In this document: positions 11,498-25,067 of the stretch, piece after piece
How positions within the stretch are numbered: position 1 is the stretch's first letter
How the letters are laid out: every line of letters begins with the position of its first letter
Assembly: GCF_006345805.1 (NCBI RefSeq)
Contig: NC_043002.1
Span: 94,860,001-94,924,000, forward strand
Length of the DNA stretch: 64,000 nt
From: Octopus sinensis
Taxonomy: Eukaryota
Reading direction: 5' to 3'
The notes under the pieces: model-generated
Database searches by the model: none
Told to the model about the DNA's origin: nothing
What the model saw: only the letters and a program-made list of their open reading frames with translations
Made by a program: the position numbers and the translations under genes

Positions 11498-13462
11498 GGA
11501 TTTTTGTGCTGTACCCAGTCCACATGGTGCAAATATATTTATGAGCAAATATTTGAATGTCTACATTTGAAATAAGATATTACTATTGTTAATATTATCG
11601 GTAGTGAATGTTTTCAATTGATAATATTAACAACAGTAATGTAGGTGGTTCCAAGTTTAATAGTATTATATAGCTATGAAATTAAAGATTAGCACAAAGC
11701 ATAAGGATGCGCAAAGCATCAACTTGTTTAGAAATAGGAGTTAAAGTCTCAATTCAACTGCCCAAAAGTACCGAATAACAGAAATTATATACTTAATGTA
11801 AACATTCGAATATTTTCACTCATACAAACACATGTTGGATCAATTGTAACTTTGTTTTATTTATTTGAGATATTGGAGCACAGTATGGTCCTCTGACTTG
11901 CCTGATTTTGACAAACCATTCAGCTCATACCAGCATGAAAAGCAGACATGAAATGGTGATAATGAGTTAACTTTGTATTCCAGCTTTTCAGGATCAATAA
12001 GATAAGCACCCATGTGCACATTGAGTACTGGGGTTGATGTAGTTGACTTAACCTGCTCCCCTAAAATTGGTGACCTTGTGCCAGAATTTAATACTATTAT
12101 TAGAATGACATACTGTGTGAGGGGAAAATAGAGTTGATATTGTAAAACTCCAGTAAATATATTGGAATTGATTGAAACACTTTAATGAGACACTTTGTTA
12201 TAACTATTGTAGGTACTTAACTGATTTAAGTTCTATTACAGCTAGGGTTTGTATAATAAATAATGCTACTATCATAGAATAGATAATTTTAACTCTAACA
12301 CTGCTTCTCCACAATTATATCTGGCTTTGAATACTGAATATGGATTAATATTTGACTCTTATCTATACAGTTACAGAGTAGAGATATGATGTTAATTAAA
12401 GGAAAATTTTTCTGTTTTGTTGATAATTAAGTACTGCTCTCATTAAGTTAATTTATTTACCTATACTGAAAATGATTAAGCATTTTAAAGTATTTTATGC
12501 TGTTAAATAGTTTTGATTGATAAAGGAAACCTTTTTTCAGAAACAGAATTGTTGCATGAAAAGCAACAGGTATGCTGTTCTATGCATGCACATTAAAAAT
12601 GATTTCTTGAATTCATTGTAAATAATCTTCATTTCATTTTGTAAATAAAGAAAGAAAACAAAAAAAAAAAATCATAAAAGTTATTTGATTTGAAATTGGT
12701 TGAGAACATAAATTCATGATTAAAAACGTTTTTTTAAAAGTTACCTAAATGCAAGCTGTTACTTGAATAAATTATTACCAGCATTTTGATTTGATTTCAA
12801 TCTTAAAAGAAAGAAAAGAAAGTACAAAAAACAATTAAGGTTAAACCACCTGGTATCAGTATACCTGATTCATATTTTCATTAAATCTTTTAGAAGGTAG
12901 TAAAGTTCTTGCTGTTAATAAAGCAGAATAGTTAATTTAAGTGAAAGTTTGGTATCGCCTGATCTCCAAGTCCTTATTATGGCAGGTAAATTTGTAAAAG
13001 CTATTAATTTTATATTAGAAATTTGGATGTATTCTATTCCTAGAGGCTGATCTGCAGCAATGATGTATTATAGATAATGTTACACAAAATTGATATATTG
13101 TATCACATGTGCATTTTATTGAATATTGAATCTCGTAATGAAATAATCTATTATCTATGATATATAACAGAAAGGTCACATCAAAAGTACTTGAATTTAG
13201 CTAACTCTTTGATTAAAGATATCACTAATGTAACTGAAACCTACTAATATATCAACTCATCTTATGGAGTAATAGTCAGTTCTGGTATCTCATTGTTCTA
13301 ACTAAAACACCTGTTTTCCAACAATTCTATAAGCATTTTTTTCTTAGCTAAAAGAAATTCTTTTCATTAACAATCACTTTATAACATTAATATAAGTAAA
13401 TATTAGCATATTAAGGCCTCAAATTTAAGGGCAAAATGTATTTTCAATTACATTGCTTTAAT

Positions 13463-14132
13463 ATGGGTTTCAAATCTTGGCACAAGGCCTGTAATTTTGA
13501 TGGTGAAAGGGGCAGGTCAATTACATCAACCCCAGTGCTCAACTGGTTATATTGACCTTGAAAGGATGAAGGCAAAGTTAACTTCAGTGGTATTTGAACT
13601 CAGAACTTAAAAACGGATGAACTGTTGCTAAGCATTTAGCCTGTCGTGCTATTGATTCTGTCAGCTCACCACTTTATCAAGTATATTGATTTCAAATTTT
13701 GGCACAAGGCCAGTAACTTTGGAGAAGGGGGGCAAGTCAATTACATCAACCCCAGTGCTCGACTGGTACTTATTTCATTGGCCCTGAAAGGATGAAAGAC
13801 AAAGTCAACCTCGGCGACATTTGAACTTAGAATGTTAAATAAGAAGAAATACCACTAAGCATTTATTCCGATGCAGTAACGATTCTGCCAGCTCACCACC
13901 TTAGATCACCCTAATAGTGGTTTCAAGGTTGGGCATGAGGCCAACAATTTTGGAGGAGGGGGTAAATTGATTAGATCAACCCCAGGATTCAACTGGTACT
14001 TATTTTATGAACCCTGAGAGGATGAAAGGCAAAGTTGACCTTGGCAGCATTTGAACCTAGAACATAAAGAAGGATAGAATGCTGCTAAGCATTTTGAGTG
14101 GCACATCGATGATTCTGCCAGCGTACCACCTT
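13463..14132 (-). mobile_element. Three tandem Nin-domain SINE copies
   Basis: Units at about 13463-13674, 13686-13902 and 13917-14132, each with GAAAGGATGAAAGGCAAAGT-like core and ending ATTCTGCCAGCTCACCACCTT-like. Confidence 0.85.
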
Positions 14133-14157
14133 AGCTCCCCCTAGTATTAGCACATAT

Positions 14158-14374
14158 TAGGGCAGTGAGTTGGCAGAATCATTAGCATGCTGGGCAAAAT
14201 GCTGCTAACCATTTCGTCCATCTTTACATTCTGGGTTCAAATTCTGCTGAGGTCAACTTTGCCTTTCATCATTTCAGGGTTAATAAAATAAGTACCAGTT
14301 GAGTACTAGGGTCAATACAGTCGACTTACGCCCTCCCCATAATTGCTGGCTTTGAGCCAAAATTTGAACTCAAT
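14158..14374 (+). mobile_element. Nin-domain SINE, head-to-head with the preceding array
   Basis: GGCAGTGAGTTGGCAGAATC...ACTTTGCCTTTCATC...CCAAAATTTGAA. Confidence 0.85.
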
Positions 14375-14789
14375 TACCAAGTGTTCTGTCTCTCATAAAA
14401 AAAGTGATTTGATCTACAGATTTTACTTTTATTTTCATTTAACATATCAAAAATACTTTAAATAGGATTTTAAAAAGTTTCTCTCTTTCTTATTTTACTA
14501 TTAGCATCTACTTCCTCATATATGATCAATGCACTTTAGTAGTCAACAGAGCTTGGTTTTGTTCTTCCAAAATTGTGTGTAAATATATATGTGTATGTAA
14601 AAGGCAATTGTCCAAGTTGCCACTAGAAACATGGTCGGCACAGTGATGTGAAGAGATCTGCTGCCTTTCTCAACTATGGTGAAATCAAAACCACACGGCC
14701 AAGCAAGCAAGCTTCTTAACCAAATAGCCATGCCTGCACCTATTGATAATAATTTTTGTACGTTTTCAATATATATAACCAATATAAAT

Positions 14790-14812
14790 ATATGTATGTA
14801 TGTATGTATATG

Positions 14813-14843
<31 letters not shown>

Positions 14844-15196
14844 ATGTATGTATGTATATGTATGTATGTATGCATATGTATGTATGTATGTATGCATATG
14901 TATGTATGTATGCATATGTATGTATGTAAGTGCATATGTATGTATATATATGTATGTACGTAAGTGCATATGTATGTATATATATGTATGTACGTAAGTG
15001 CATATGTATGTATATATATGTATGTATATAAGTGCATATGTATGTATATATATGTATGTACGTAAGTGCATATGTATGTATATATATGTATGTATGCATA
15101 TGTATGTATGTATATGTATGTTTGTGTCTATGTATGTATGTGTATGTATGCATGTATGTATGTGTGTGTGTGTGTATATATATATATATGTATATA
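14790..15196. repeat. (TATG)n compound microsatellite with 34-bp higher-order unit
   Basis: Unit GTAAGTGCATATGTATGTATATATATGTATGTAC recurs about 5 times at 14926-15095. Confidence 0.95.
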
Positions 15197-16179
15197 CATC
15201 AACAAAAACAAACGAACATTTGGCTTTTATATTTATTTTGAATTTGTTTTGGCTGAAACTGGAACAACATCAGTTAACATTTATCTTTTGATATAGAAAT
15301 AACTTTACCAAATCAAAGAAAAATCTCACACAAATACTTTTGTGGAAATTAGATTTTTGTTGCATTGGCTTGATTACAGTTTGAAATGTAAGTAGAAATT
15401 TAAAAGACTTGGAATATATTTTATGAGAATAAATTTAATTTTATCATTTTATTGTATGGCACAAGATAGAAAAATAGATTTGTTTGCTTACTGATTATTA
15501 GTTTTAAATAATTATATTTAAACTTACAGGTCGATTCTAGTTTAATTCTTGCTTTATTTTAATTATTAATTGTTAGTTGTGTTTGCTTGTTTATATTATC
15601 AGTTTTGTAGCTGAAATGGTTTTGAAGTTGTTCAACAGAAATACCTCTTTAGTGAAATCAGTTTCACAATAAACATAAGAGAAAAGGCACATGAATTCAT
15701 TTTGAACAAATTTTAGATTTTGTATGATTTAACATTGTGTATATATCTGTAAATCTTTCTGTGCTAGTTTATATGACAAAAGAGATTTTCTCTTGGGTGC
15801 CTTCTTCATAAAAAAAATATACAGTTAAGTGCAGTGTACTACACTTAATGTGGCGAGTTAAAAATAATTTTTAATCCACTGTAATTGTAATAAGAACATT
15901 AATTAACTTTAATGTAACTTATTCAGAAAATGAGATGACAATGGAATAAGCAACTATCTTATGAACTTCATTAGCTCACAGTTGTTTCTGCTATAAGATG
16001 TAGTGGACTCATAGTTGAGTGTCTGTATAACACTTTATAACTTCATCGGAGCCTCAAATACGAAGTACAGTTTATTTGAGAAAAGAATTACATTTATGCA
16101 CGCATGCATGTGCACACACACACACACACACACAATAACGATAATAATGATAATGCAAAACTGTTATGATCTCTTGGAC

Positions 16180-16262
16180 GTTGACTGATGAGGAATTAGC
16201 TATGAATTTTCCATGTGTTATGGTTTTGTCAAATTTTCTGTTATGGTTTTATTAAATCCTTG

Positions 16263-16304
<42 letters not shown>

Positions 16305-16306
16305 TC
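16180..16306 (+). ncRNA. Hammerhead-like motif with (UA)n stem III
   Basis: GUUGA-CUGAUGA-GGAAUUAG...UUAAAUCC-UU-GAAA-(UA)n|UCAUC; imperfect stem I and stem II junction. Confidence 0.5.
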
Positions 16307-19149
16307 AGTGGATCATATATCCAAAAAAGAAGTACACTCAAAAAGTTAGTGCATGAAGTTTAATATATGTCCAATCACATATCAATGGTTTCGCATCCAT
16401 AAAGAGCTTAGCTTTATAAACAAACTCACTGAACCTATCTGACCTCTTCTCTCCCACATTCAACATTTCCTCCTCTCATTCTTTTCATCATAGATCTCTT
16501 GCCTATCTCAAAGCATATGTATAAAGAATCACATCAGATCTATATGCACCTCATACACTCTACCATTACCCTTCCTCTACACTCTCATCCTTTCTCTCCT
16601 CTGCGCCACCTGTTATTGATGTCCATCATTCACTTTTACCCTTTATCTATTTATTACGATTTATCACTATTCATCACACTGTTTCTGCTATCACAGTCTT
16701 GCTTCCTTTCTTAGCCATTATGGTTCAGCTATCATCAGTGTCTCATCCATTCACCTTTTCAATCACATAACCCTGAGTAAATGAGGACTCTCTAATCTTA
16801 TGGGATATAAAGCAACCCTACTTGTATTAGTACCAGGACATTCTGTAAGGTGGTTGGTATTAGGAAGGGCATCTAGCTGTAGAAACTAAACCAAAACGTG
16901 CAATCTAAGAGTGAAATGTGGTTGTAGCCCATCTAAGATGGAAGCTTCAAATAAAAAAATTACTTGAAATATGATAATCTGGCCAATCAGTGCTAGATTG
17001 CAGATGTAAAACAATGATGATCAGAATATATTGCTAAAAATTATGTGTGATATTAGTTAAAATAGGATATTAGATGATCTGATATCAAGCTGTGTCACTG
17101 AATTTCTGTTAAAATACATTTTGCCATAAACGTAGAAAATGTTGATTTTAATCTAAGATTTTTATCTTTATTTTTACCAGAGAGAAAGTAATTACAGTTT
17201 TCACAATTAGAGAAATAAATTCTTCATTCTATTTATTGTCACTGTTTTATTATTCTGGCCTTTTGCCAGAATAATATGTTGTTGTTAATATTATAGATTC
17301 TTAGAGAGAAAACTTTGTTGTGATATCTACATTACAAATATATTTTTCATATAAAAACCATTTAGAATTATACATCACAAAAATCTCTAATTTTATTGAA
17401 ATTGTTTATTTCTTTTTTTATCTTTACGTGAAAGTTGCCATTTTCTTGCATTATTAAACCTACAAACTTCTAATGATACAAAAATAGATTCAAATACCAC
17501 AAAACAATACCAATGAATGAATTTATCTCCATAAACTTTGCTTATTTTCCATTCCTTTAAAAAAAAAAAAAATAAAAGTTAATATTATTTCATGTTTAAT
17601 GTTTTATTGCAAGAGGAGATGACCTAGCATTTGTAAACTGATATGTGGATACACATAATTCTTGAATGTGCAATTATTTTCATTTTTAACGGTTCTTTTT
17701 TAATATTCCTTTTGTTTTTCTATAGTCGAATATTGATTGCAATTTTAAGAAGAAAAAATATATTTCAAGTTTCTTAAAGATACTTAAAATTTCATATATA
17801 AATAATAGAAGTCATGTGATCAAAGCTAAAACTAAATAGTTACTTATCAGCTGCCAATTGTTTCACTATGAGAGAAAAAATTGTGTGATTCAAGATACAG
17901 TTCTATTTTTCATTAAGAATCTATTATATTAATAAAATTTTAGAATATGATTTTAATTAATGTTCATCATCATTTTATGCCCATTTTCCATGTTGTGGGT
18001 TAGACAAGTCATCATGGTCCAAATTATTTCTTATTTAGAGCTGCCACTTCTATTGACTGGTGCGTGCACAAATGTGCATTCAAGCTCATATACACATATT
18101 TATACACATATACATACATGTGTACATGGTATCAAAATGTGTCAAACAAGGAGAGACACAGGAGGCATATATATGTACATTTAGATGTATGACTGCAGTA
18201 CATACATGCACATAATTGCCTTCATACACATACAAACACACATATACGCTCACAAAAATATTTCAGTGTGTGCGTGTGCACATATGTGCATGCATGCATG
18301 CATGCATTATTTTTTATAATGCAAGCTCATAAAACGAAGGATACCATTAATAATATTTCAATGAAGAAATATTTCTAAAGAAAATAACAAACAAAAGACA
18401 AACTCCTAAAATGGCTACCTTTGTCGGAATTCTTTGAATCACTTTATAGTGTGCATTTTCTTGTGGCACCAACAGCAGAGATGTAAAATAGTTGTTGGCA
18501 AGAAGTAAAGGTACTGCACAACTCTAAGCTTTCTCTGTTCATTGGCCAATCACTTTATTGTATGTACTGGGTGCATGTTTTTCATGTCACCAGCACAGGA
18601 GAGAAGTTGTCTGTTTTTCTAAACATTCTAGAGGGAGTGCGGTGGAAGTTTGCTCTCCATCTTGGCACAAGCATGAGAGGAAGAGTGCTTTGTACATACT
18701 AGCTGTAGTAATTCCTTAGTAACCTAATATGTGTAGACCAAAGAAGAGGATAGGGTGGGAGAGAGAGACTCACATACATACACACAGAGAACAATCAGTG
18801 TAGAAAGGCCAGAAATTGGTGTGTCTAAAGAACAAGAGTCTTAAGGTGCCAAGGAAAGGGATATTACTTTTAAATTTAAAATATTTCGATTAGGGATATA
18901 AAACTCGTGTTTTAGTGTAGAAATGTTATCATTCATATATTTTTTTTTAATATCTATCTTACACATGGCAATATAACCAGGAGAGGTTAATGTGGTTAGC
19001 ACTCAATTTGAACAGTTGAAAGCAAGTGGCACATGGAACTCATAGACTCAGTTCCACATGACTTACTTTTGTGGCATGTGCAACACATTCATCTCATTAG
19101 ATGTCTGGTGGTGTGTGTGTATGTGTGTGTGTGTGTGCCATTCATTTAC

Positions 19150-19505
19150 AATAGATGGAACTTGTGGAAGAGGGACACTCAGGAAGACATGGGACAAAGT
19201 ATTGATGGCCAATCTCAAGACACTGAGCCTTATGAAGGTGATGAGTAATGACTGAGATATCTGGCACCTTGCTGTGCTCAAGAAGACCTGTTTGTCACAG
19301 CAGAATTGATATCAGTGCTGGTGTTACATAAAATGCACCCAGTACACTTTGTGCAGTGGTTGATGTTCAAAAGGGCATCTAGCCAAAGAAACCATGTCAG
19401 AACAGTCATTAGAACATGGTGTTGCCCCTGTTCTTATCAGCTCCAGTCAAACCATCCAACCCATGCCAGCATGGAAAACGGAAGTTTGATGATGACAATG
19501 ATGAT
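19150..19505 (+). mobile_element. RTE 3' end / family B, diverged
   Basis: GTCGRGTLRKTW translation followed by the family B tail CCCATGCCAGCATGGAAAACGG..GATGATGA. Confidence 0.7.
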
Positions 19506-19873
19506 ATATAATGTGTATGAGTGCATGCAGGTGGGTTCAGTTTCATTACTTGGATGCTATTAGCTTGTGTTCTCTGCTAGAGCCACAGGTTGACAAATAC
19601 TTTGGGAGTGAAATTGGTAGATGGAAATTGAAAAAACGCTTTTTAATGTGTGTGTGTGTGGAAGTGAGTTTGTATTTCCTCCTTTATCTTCACTTGTGTG
19701 TACTTACAGTAAACAAAAGCTTCACCATTTATACAGAAGGTATCATTTGTTTGCAACCCCTTGCATAGTGCATGTCCAGGGTGTTTATCATTCAATAGAC
19801 TGGAGAATTATTGTTTAGCTTGGAAAGAAGAGAGGTATTTGTGGGAGGAAAAATACTAAGAACGTTTACAGTG

Positions 19874-20086
19874 TGTGGAGGAACATGGCCTAGTGGTTAG
19901 TGCAGCGGACTCGCAGTCGAGGGATCACAGGTTCAAATCTCAGACCAGGCGATGCGTGTGTTTATGAGTGAAACACCTAAGCTCTACGCAGCTCCTGCAA
20001 AAGGTAATGGCGAGCTTCTGCTGACTCTTATATAAAGGCGGTGCTCCAGCATGGCTGCAGTCAAATGACTGAAACCAGTAAAAGAG
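19874..20086 (+). mobile_element. SINE family C head joined to family A tail
   Basis: C-type sequence to about 20028, then TAAAGGCGGTGCTCCAGCATGGCTGCAGTCAAATGACTGAAAC. Confidence 0.7.
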
Positions 20087-22127
20087 TTGAGTATTAGTGT
20101 TTGCCAGCCAGTGTTACTTACGCAGACCAATGGGCAAAGAAATTTATCTATGACCACCTAAGTGTTTCTTTTCGTTTTATTTTATTTTATATTATTTTAT
20201 TTTTTTGCATATTATAGTTAACATTGTCCAATACATCTTTGTTATTTCATAATTCAACACAGTGATATTCAAGAGATTTAGCTGCTCTTTTTAGCGACTG
20301 ACCATGTAGAGGTTCCTTCATTTGAATAGATGTTAGTTGACAGTTCACCAAAACGCCTTAATGAACATTCAAGATGAAGCAATGACGTCAACTTTAGAGA
20401 CTGATATTGAACAGAATTAATACAAATGATATTAAAAGTATTCGTAACATTGATTTGAATAGTTCTACTGACTCTTTTGCATTTTCTCCATTAACCCTAT
20501 CACAGTCATATTTCCAATAAAATCGCTGCTTGTCTGCTTCAGTTAATTTTGAGAAGATTTAATAAAATTTGTAATATAGCCCTTTTAGTTATTGATATTT
20601 TGAACCTAACAAAAGAGGGTCATATGTAAAATTATGATGGTGCACTTATATGGATTGGTACCAAAAGAGCTAACAAGAATTCTCAATACACTTTGTGCTG
20701 GACCTTTGAGAATTGTAAGTTTTCACAAGAAAGTGTATTAACTTTGTGGGAACCATGTTGTACCATCATTTTACTGTTTATTATTGATTCATAGTAACAA
20801 CTTACTTCTACATACACTTGTTGTAATTATATCTAGTGTAAGGGAGCCTCTACATGTATTATCAGTGTGCTAGAAATAGCAGCCACATATTCTCCAAATT
20901 ATCATCCTACTAAAGAATAGTGTAGTTCTAGGTGTGCAGTGTCTGAATAAAAGACAGGATTGTTATGGTTTGAGTGCTTTTGCACAAAAATCTGTTGGTT
21001 GGATCTGAGCCAGTCTGAGGCTAAACAATAACTGTTATATTTAATAACTATTCCTGTGTAACTTGCATCTGTAACAGCTAAATCTATATTAAAGAGATCC
21101 AGAATTATTGTTGCAATCATTGCTATGTGGTTTTTGTAATCATGTGGTCTCCGAATCAGTTCCACTGTGCAGCAATTTAGCCAAGTGTCTTCTACTATGG
21201 TCTTGGGCCAATGAAAACCTTGTGAGTGGATTTGCTTGACAGAGCTGAAAGTGTGTGTGTGTGTATGTATGTGTGTGTGTGTATGGTGCCCTTATTTTGA
21301 TATCATGTGATTATTGTAAACAAGTATCACCATCATACAACTGATGTTGTTTATATCCAGTCTTCTGGAAAAAAATATGCCTTGCTTGGAGACAGGTAAG
21401 GGTTGGTGACAGGAAGAGCATCCTTCCATGGAAAAACTACCTCAACAAATTCTGTCTGATACATGCCAGCATGGAAAGTGCATTTTAAACAATGATAGTG
21501 ATGTGGCTTCTGATTCAGTCACAATGTTTAGCACCTTGTGCCAATGTTTTCTTCTATAGTTCCAAGTTAGCCGATACCTCTTGAGCAAAATGTTGGTAGA
21601 TGGAAACTGTATGGAAGCCTGTTGAGTGCTTGTCTGTATGTCTTTATCTCTGTGTGGCTTTGCATCAGCACTGTTTGGGCAGTTTAGCAGTTCAATGTCC
21701 AGCAGTTTAGCAGTTCAATGTATGAAGGTGTGGAGTGTTATATTTCACTTAAAATCAGTTAAGTTTTTGCATCAAGAAGGGCATCTGGTCATAGAATTCT
21801 GCCTTGATGAGTCTCATCCAATCCATTGCATGGAAAAAAACAGACATTAAAGGGATAATGATGATGATTCAGATTAAAATTTATTCCACTCCTGTAGAGC
21901 ATTGTTATAATTTCATCTTCCTAAAATTATTAAGTTGGATTTAACTAAAATAATTCATTTTATTCAAGGAAACATTAATGCTTTCATTGATAAATTTCTC
22001 TGGAAGTAGTTCCATTTATGACCATCACTATATCATAAATTTCTTAATGCAATATTTCGCACGTTAGCTTGGCATGTTATCTTCAAGGATTATATTTTTT
22101 TGCATGTTCTTCTCTCACCCATGTTAT

Positions 22128-22330
22128 CTCTTTTACTCTTTTACTTATTTCAGTCATTTGACTGTGGTCATGCTGGAGCACTGCCTTTAGTTGAGCAAAT
22201 CAACCCCAGGACTTATTCTTTGTAAGCCTAGTACTTATTTTATCGGCCTCTTTTGCTGAGCCACTAAGTTACAGGGATGTAAACACACCAGCATTGATTG
22301 TCAAGTGATGTTGGGGGGACAAACACAGAT

Positions 22331-22362
<32 letters not shown>

Positions 22363-22525
22363 GACAGGTTTCTTTCAGTTTCCGTCTACCAAATCCACTC
22401 ACAAGGCTTTGGTTGGCCTGAGGCTACAGTAGAAGACACTTGCCCAAAGTACCATGCAGTGGAACTGAACCCAGAACCATGTGGTTCGTAAGCAAGCTAC
22501 TTACCACACAGCCACTCCTACGCCT
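22128..22525 (-). mobile_element. SINE family A, full length
   Basis: Reverse complement of the 5825 and 8181 copies. Confidence 0.9.
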
Positions 22526-24149
22526 ATATTAACAATTTCTCAAATTTTCTGGCATACAAGTTGAATTTTTCATACCAAAATTTACAGCCAAAGAAAAAAT
22601 GTAGTTGATTTATTTACACTAAGGCAACCCTGGAGGACTAAAAATTACATGTGAAATGCAGCCAGATTTGGAAAGATAGTGACAATATTAGAATGTTTAC
22701 ACTACATACTACCTCATCTTCCATGCCAGAAAAATATGGTAGCCAAATATCAGCTGTGCTGTTCATATTCACTTCCATGACCTAACATGCAAAAAGTTAA
22801 AATCTGTTAAATTTTCTAATAAAGCAAGATCTGAAGATTATAAACAGTTAGGATGATTCACCTAAGTTCCAGAAATAAGATTTTATAAATATTTAATATT
22901 GACTCAGTGACAAATAGCTAAACTATGACGTTTTTTGTGTAGCTAATGATTTTTGTCAGTGAAATTAAGGTACTCTGAGGTGAAGATGTTAGTCTACTGC
23001 TTGAAAACATTAAAGTTCAAACACAGCTGTAGGCATTTGTATTATGATTTTGAAAATACAAGATATAGTGTGGGTAAGAAGTTTACTTCTCAGCCACATG
23101 GTTCCTGGTTCAGTCCTCTATTGTGACACCTTGAGAAAGTGTCTTCTACTATAGCCTTAGGCCAACCAAGGCCTTGTGAGTAGATTTGCTAGAAAGTAAC
23201 TAAGAGAAGCCTGTTTAACAAGCTGAAAGTACATAATATTTTTTACAGTTGGATATTTGTAGTTTTAAAATACTACACAGTTGTTGAAAAAGGAAGAATT
23301 CAGTTTCCTGTGAAAATATTTAGATTTAGAGAACCGTTCTTCTTACCCAGTTAGAAAATATATAAATATATTTCGTCCAACCCATGCTAGCATGGAAAAC
23401 GGATGCTAAATGATGATGATGATGATGATTTGCATTAAAAAAAAAATTACATATGTCATAGTGATACGCATGGGTTGTATGGTTAAAAAGTTTGCTTCTT
23501 GGTTCTGGGTTCAATCTCACTGCTCAGCACTTTAGATGAATGTCTACTATTGCAATTTTGAGCTGATCAGTATTTAGTGAGTGGAGGTCGAGAAATGGAA
23601 ACTGCACAGAAACCTCTCTACTCTCTCTCTCAACACGCACATATTTTTCGTTCATTGTTATAGACGACTATATTTTTATTGCTCACCATTTAATTTAACC
23701 AATGCTGGTTTGTTTACATCCCTGTTACTTAGCTGTTTGGCAGAAGGAGATTGATAAAAATAAGTACAGGCATTAATTTGATTGGCTAAATCCTTCACTT
23801 CAGTTCCCCCGCATAGCTGCAGTCTGACTGAAACAGAAACAAATAACTACTCTCTCCATTAATCCTGTGCTCGGAACAACTCTCGCAAAAAAGGATCATG
23901 CATAAAATTATGATGCCAGGTTTTTACTTTTAAATAGGCAATTTTATATCAAAGATTCTGAGATAGTCTCGGGTCAGTTGGTATCAAAAGAGCCAAAACG
24001 ACCTTTTTCTTTTTAAGCTAGAGCACATTCCATACGTTTGGCATATACGGTTATGTTTATGTTTCTGTAAAAACTACAAACTAAAGTGTTATATTTATGA
24101 CATCCTTCTGCTTATTATTCATTCATTTATTAGCTGTGTAAAGAAGTGC

Positions 24150-24568
24150 CAATCTCTAACTGTGGAGGGCATCTGTGGAAGAAGTAGACCCAGGAAGACA
24201 TGGTGTGTGGTGGTGAAGCACGATTTTCAAACGTTGGGCCTCATGGAGGCAATGAAAAGTGACTGAGACCTTTGGTGATATGCTGTACTTGAGAAGACCT
24301 GTCAAACCAAGTGAAAATAGTAGTCGTGGCCAGTGCCAGTGTCATGTGACTGGTACCCATGCTAGTGGCACATAAAAACACTTGTACCCGTGGCATGTAA
24401 AAAGCACCCATTACACTCTTGGAGTAGTTGGAATTAGGAAGGGCATCCAGCTGTGGAAACCATGCCAAATCAGACTGGAACTTGGTGCAGCTCTCCAACT
24501 TACCAGTTCCAATCAAACCATCTAACCCATGTCAGCATGGAAAGCAGATGCTAAATAATGATGATGAC
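24150..24568 (+). mobile_element. RTE 3' end / family B
   Basis: GRSRPRKTW-like coding end, subrepeats and (GAT)n tail. Confidence 0.8.
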
Positions 24569-25067
24569 ATAGTATTAGAACTGTACCAGAAGCTTAAAGT
24601 TTGCTGAAGCATACTCTAACTCACTTTATTTCTTTTATTTTTCCAGAAAATATTTCTTTTTAAATTTAACGTTATTTACTTCACAAGTAATATTCCTATA
24701 CTCTTGCATTTTTTTGCTATTTTCTTCTAATTATCATTTCTAAAAATATAATTAAAAATCAAAATTACACCCACAGTAATTGTCTACATTTTCTTTCAGT
24801 TTTTGAGGTTTTGCTACACTACTTTCAAATATAATCTACTAGTTATCATCCAGTGTATCATAAGATCCCTAAAGCTATGTAATTTAAAGCAGAATTAATA
24901 AACTAGGCATTTCTTCAGTGGAGCAGCCATCAGTTGATTGATCCACTTCCTTGTAAGGTAATTAATGAGGAAAATGAATTCTTAATTGCTGTTGTAACTA
25001 AAGAAAAGTTAGTCTGATTTAAAGATGCAACTGTTATTAAAATGATGAAAGGAATTAAAACAGTTGA

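Noticed and set aside
14543-15296. Several overlapping ORFs of 65-164 aa
   Set aside because: Translations of (TATG)n; low complexity and open in many frames.
16695-16745. Minus-strand CUGAUGA-UAGCU...GGCUA-A-GAAA
   Set aside because: No stem III, cleavage triplet or stem I partner.
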